A stretch of 64,000 nt of DNA from Piromyces finnis finn (lineage: Eukaryota; Fungi; Neocallimastigomycota): the NCBI GenBank assembly GCA_002104945.1, contig MCFH01000101.1:1-64000 (forward strand), written 5' to 3'. Below are positions 59,142 through 64,000 of the stretch, in pieces. The translations under genes and the position numbers were made by a program. The first letter of the stretch is position 1; each line of letters opens with the position of its first letter. The notes under the pieces were generated by a model. It saw only the letters and a list, made by a program, of their open reading frames with translations. It searched no databases and was not told where the DNA came from.

Positions 59142-61904
59142 ATGGATCATTGTAAGTTGGATAGTATCAACGGTACCACAGCAAGTTCTTACAAAGATGA
59201 GAGTCCAAATAATCAAACTGCTTCAAAATTAATAACAGCTATCACTGACTTTATTCTGCTTTTTTCTCACCAAACGGAATTTTGCTCAAAGAAAACGAAA
59301 CAAAAAACCCTATTAACATCTTAGAAGCAATAATACAAGGGGAAACTTTCTTCAAAGAACACCCAGAATCCTTCAAAAATGATGAATCAAAAAATTCATT
59401 TATAATAAATAAGCTCAGCGGTAATGCTAGAAAGTGGGGTCTTTCACTTTTAGCTGATGGCATTCTAAAAAAACTCAATTTCCAACAATTCAAAGATCTT
59501 TTACTAGAAAATTTTGACGTGGGAACTGAAAGAAAGCAAAAGTATATGATTATGGACAAGCTGTGGAAACTCAAGCAATCTCATCTTGGTGGTGCTGTGG
59601 AATATACTATCGAATTTCGCAGATTGGCTGGACGTCTAGGATGGCCCGACGAAGTTCTGACTGATATTATAGGAAAGGGCTTAGTAAACAATGTAAGAGA
59701 GGAGTTCGATAAGTTAGAGAAACCTAAGACTCTCTTTGAAGCTACGAATATCATCATCAGCCTGGACAAGAAGTGCCTTCTGGAAAGCCAGTTACGAGGA
59801 AAGGATAGAGATAATAATAAGAACAAGAAATCTTTCAGAAGGCGAAGACACGAATTAGCAAAAAATGAGAACCAAGGGAAACACTTTCTCCGAAAAGATA
59901 GATTTAAAAACAATATTCTTTCAGCTAACTATACTCCAGATGGAAAACCATCGATTACCACAACATTTTATCTATCAGTTAATGGAAGAAATGTAAAAGT
60001 AAATCTCCTAATAGACTCTGGATCAGCTAGAAGTTTTATCTGCAAAAGCTTTGCCAATGCACACAAGCTACCAACTACAGGCCTTGCTTCCCCCATCAAT
60101 ATACAACTCCCAAATGGAAAGGGGATGACCATTAAACAAACATGTAAACCACTCAAACTAAAGATTATGGACCATTCTGAAGTTTTCGAATTCTGCATAG
60201 CTAATCTGTCTCTTCAAGGAATAAATGGAATCCTTGGAAGGGATTGGTTAGCATTACATAACCCTTATATAAATTACCACCTCAATAAGATCTTCTTTAT
60301 TGGAAAGTTTTGTGGCTCTCACTGTCCTTCCTCTACAAGGAATAAATTCCTAAATCAAAACATAACTGCTTCAATGATAGATAAACCATTACAAGACGGG
60401 AAGAAATCGATGGATTCTATCATTCCAGGTATGATATCAGAGGATGAACTTTTCGATACAGAAGTGTGCGCAGTAATGGTCCAAGAAGAGGAAGAAAACC
60501 GCTCGGAGAATAATATGAATAACATGAATATAATCAGTAAATTTTATTCTAAATTTCATCTTGTATTTGAAAAGAAGGAGGCGGAAAAATTACCTCCTCA
60601 CCGCGAATACGACATATCAATAGATCTCATTCCAGGTGGGCAACTATATTTCGGACCCATTTACTCTTTGACTGTTAAAGAATTAACCACTTTAAAAGAA
60701 TACATTCAAGAAAATTTGGAGAAGAAATTCATAAGAAAATCCAAGTCTCCTGCTGGAGCCCCGGTACTTTTTGTGAAGAAACATGATGGATCTCTCCGAC
60801 TTTGTGTGGATTACCGTCGACTGAATGCTATTACAATCCGTAATAGTTACCCTATTCCTAGAATCAACGACTTAATAGAAGCCTTCAAGAATGCAAGAAT
60901 ATTTACAAGACTTGACCTTAGATCAGCATACAACTTAGTACGAGTCAAGGAAGGTCATGAATACCTCACTGCATTCCGGACACCATTAGGTCATTTCGAA
61001 TACTTGGTTATGCCTTTTGGTCTCCGAAATGCACCATCCGTATTCCAACGCTTTGTTCAAGATGTACTAAATGACACCATAGGTCTGTTCGCCCAAGTAT
61101 ACCTAGATGATATTATCATCTACTCACGCTCCTTGGAAGAACATATAAATCATGTCCGACTGGTTCTTGATTTACTTCTAAAAAATGGGTTATATGTTAA
61201 ATTAGAGAAGTGTGACTTTCATGTCACGGAAACTACGTTCTTAGGCTTTACAATTTCCACTAATGGACTTGCTATGGACAAAAATAAAGTTAAATCTATT
61301 ATAGAGTGGCCCACGCCAAAAAATGTTAAGGAACTACAAAGTTTCCTAGGACTCTGCAACTTTTATAGGAAGTTCATCAAGGACTTCGCCTCTAACATGG
61401 AACCTCTCCGGAAACTCCTAAAGAAAGACAACGACTTCATATGGGATAAAGCCGCCGAAGATGCTTTCAACAAATTAAAAGAAGCTTTTAGAGTCGGTGA
61501 AATATTGATCTTTCCTGACCCAGAGAAGGTATTCACTGTGGAAACAGACGCAAGTGACTTCGCTGTTGGCTGTGTCTTATCCCAGGTCAGTGACATGGAT
61601 AACCAATTACATCCAGTTGCTTTTCACTCCAGATCTTTAAATAAAGCAGAAGTTAATTATACAATATATGATAAAGAACTTCTCGCAATAATAACTGCTT
61701 TTGACATCTGGAGACACCACCTAGAAGGATCCAAGTTTCCTGTTCAAGTATATAACGGATCACAAAAATCTGTTATACCTTAAAAAGCCCAACACCTAAA
61801 TCAAAGACAAATCCGATGGAGTTTTCTATCAAAATTTGACTTTAGGATTGCTTACAGACCAGGCGCTAAAAGTGGAAAACCAGATGCTTTGTCTAGACGC
61901 CCGG
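59142..61904 (+). mobile_element. gag-pol: Ty3/Gypsy gag-protease-RT-RNase H in a single frame (Tf-like organisation); frameshifts near 59280 and 61750; cut off at 61904
   Basis: ORF 59282-61783: gag-like KLSGNARKWG, LIDSGSARSFI, LRLCVDYRRLN, YLDDIII, VETDASDFAVG, DKELLAI. A shifted frame gives [15 protein letters not shown] up to 61903. Confidence 0.94.
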
Positions 61905-62342
61905 TGTAAAGAAATGTGTCTTTAACAATAAAACAAATTATAATATTTACTAAATAATTAGTAATATTAACACTTTAAAATATTCTGTAAATTATTAATT
62001 TATAAAATATCATTAAAAACACATAGAATTTAACTTAATAAGTTAGTGTTTAATAATATAATTATTTATTAATAAAATCTCGATTCTTTAAAATATTTGG
62101 GAAAATTCACTCGTATTTATACTAAAAATTTTTTAAATTAATTTATATAAATTTTTTCAACTTAAAATTCTTAACCAATCAATAATCTTCATATAAAATA
62201 AAATTTAAAAATAAAATAAAATAAAATAAAATTATAATTTTTTTAAAATAGTATCTATGAGGTCTCGAACTAGTGTCATTCAGACTCAAAGTCTTAGCTA
62301 CTAACCACTAAGACAATTTAGTTATTTCTAGTATTCATTACA
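61905..62342 (-). mobile_element. Probable 3' LTR (family M, 438 bp) of the minus-strand chromodomain element
   Basis: Minus strand: GGAGGAGGA-CCA-TGTAATG...TTTACA (TGTAA/TTACA termini after a polypurine tract). It interrupts the plus-strand pol exactly at 61904/61905. Confidence 0.72.
62250..62322 (-). pseudogene. Degenerate tRNA-Gln(TTG)-like sequence inside LTR M
   Basis: TGTCTTAGTGGTTAGTAGC TAAGA-CTTTGAG-TCTGA ATGAC ACTAG-TTCGAGA-CCTCA. Invariant A14, G15, G18, G19, A21, T33, A37, G53-A58 and C61 sit at tRNA spacing. Acceptor, D and T stems do not pair. Confidence 0.6.
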
Positions 62343-62651
62343 TGGTCCTCCTCCAGGATTCGGATACCAGACGAATCTAGAATTTTAATATTTAAATATA
62401 TGTTTTTCTTTTTTAATAAACTAAACTAAGGAGTGAATTTTCTTAATTATAAAAATACATTTAATATAATAAAATACATTTTTTTTTTTAATATTACTAA
62501 AGTTAAAAATAAAATATTGATAAATTTGATATTAATAAATTGTTTAATAATAAAATTGATATTGATAATGATATTAATAAGTTTTGATAATAATAATAAT
62601 TGTGATTTTAATTATTAATAATAAATATAATTTGAATTTTTTAACTATTTT

Positions 62652-64000
62652 TTATTTCTTTCTATTAAATTTTTTAAAGTAGGCCCCTTGCAATTTTAGA
62701 TTTTCTTCAGGCTCCCACGAAGCTTCATTGATTGAATACCCTTTCCATTTAATCAGGTATTGTATTTTTCCGTAATGTCTTCTTTTATCCAGAATTTCTT
62801 CAACTTCGTATTCTTCTTCATTGTCAACGGTAATAGGTGGCGGTGGTGGTTGAGATCTTCCAAATTTATCTTCGACATATTTTCTCGAGATTGGATACAT
62901 GAATAATGGATGAATCTTAATTAGATTTTGGGAGACTTAATTTAAATGTAACATTTGATATTTTTTCCAAGATTTTGTATGGGCCGAGTTTTCTTGGCTT
63001 AAATTTTTTATTTCCTTTGTGGATAATTAAAGAACTATCCAGCCAAACTTTGTCACCAACTTTAAAATTCGGAGCTTCTTTTCTACGTTTGTCAGCATGC
63101 TTCTTCTGGGTTTCCATGGCAGATTTTAAAATTTTCTTTTAAGGTATTAATTAAAGTTTTAAAATCTCTTGTAAACTCTTCTGCTCTTGGGACTTTAGAT
63201 AAGTCTGGAATAACTGGTGAATATTTTGGATGAAAGCCGTAATTCAAAAAGAATGGAGAAAATTTGGATGATTCTTGAACCACGTTGTTATAACTAAATT
63301 CTGCAAGACTAAGAAAACTTTTCCAATTTGAACCTTTATAATTTGAGAAACATCTTAAATATTGTTCTATAAGGAGTTCACCCTCTCCGTCTGACCGTTT
63401 GATTGATGATGAAATGGAGTAGACAACTTAAGTTCAATGCCAAGGGAGGAACAGATGGATTGGAAGAATTTAGAGGTAAATTGAGAACCTCTATCCGAGA
63501 CAATAGATTCAGGTAGGCCATGAAGACGGAAAATATTATCAATAAAGGCTGTGGCTGTTTCGGCGGCGGAAGGAATACTTTTGAAACGGAATGAGATGGA
63601 ACCATTTTTGTAAGACGACAATCAACAAACAAGAATGCAAGTGAAACAGAAGATGAAGGCAAATCATGTAATGAAATCCATTGAAATGGATGACCAAGGA
63701 CGTTCAGCAATATCAAGAGGATTCAGAAGACCATAAGGTTTATGACGAAAGGTTTTTGAACGACAACAAACTTCACAAGAACGAACGTAGTCTTTAACAT
63801 CAGAAGAAATAGAAGGCCACCAGAAGTCTCTAGCAATAAGAGAAGATGTTTTCTTTATTCCGAAATGACCCAGCTGAAGGAGAGTCGTGACAGAGTTTAA
63901 AGAATTGAAAGACGACCAATTTGGAGGAACATAGATTCTGTCAGTAAAAAAGGAGAAAACTATTGCTTAAGGAAAATTTGTCAATTTGAGGGTGAGGTAT
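62652..64000 (-). mobile_element. pol: Chromovirus-type integrase with chromodomain, several frameshifts; rest of element beyond the window
   Basis: GHFGIKKT..WWPSISSDVKDYVRSCEVC, IFRLHGLPESIVSDRGSQF, KFKPRKLGPYKI, and chromodomain [34 protein letters not shown]. Confidence 0.94.

Noticed and set aside
59251-61596. Antisense ORFs overlapping gag-pol (59251-59574, 59581-59913, 59968-60198, 61363-61596; also 1785-1970)
   Set aside because: Shadow ORFs of a coding strand with no recognisable motifs.

Overview
Extremely AT-rich eukaryotic DNA. The composition, Ty3/Gypsy load and eukaryote-type tRNAs (initiator Met with GATCGAAA T-loop) fit an anaerobic gut fungus (Neocallimastigomycota), but that assignment is inference. 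I find no host protein-coding gene. The window is a tRNA-gene island with 13 intact or near-intact tRNA genes, including Ser-Met and two Glu-Arg tandem pairs. It is embedded in five or six Ty3/Gypsy coding remnants and more than 30 TG..CA-bounded solo LTRs of at least 12 families (my labels A-W), many with verifiable 4- or 5-bp target-site duplications (TSDs). The main unexplained structure is that LTR ends sit at two narrow distances upstream of tRNA 5' ends: about 12-14 bp (up to 24) and about 62-68 bp. Unrelated families re-use the same target site to within 0-4 bp, building stacks. This suggests several tRNA-gene-targeting retrotransposon lineages. The nearly intact element at the window start (one frameshift, no chromodomain) is a candidate carrier. 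A chromodomain-bearing element at the right end carries a degenerate tRNA-Gln-like A/B-box module inside its LTR. All coordinates were counted by hand and may be off by a few bases where marked approximate.
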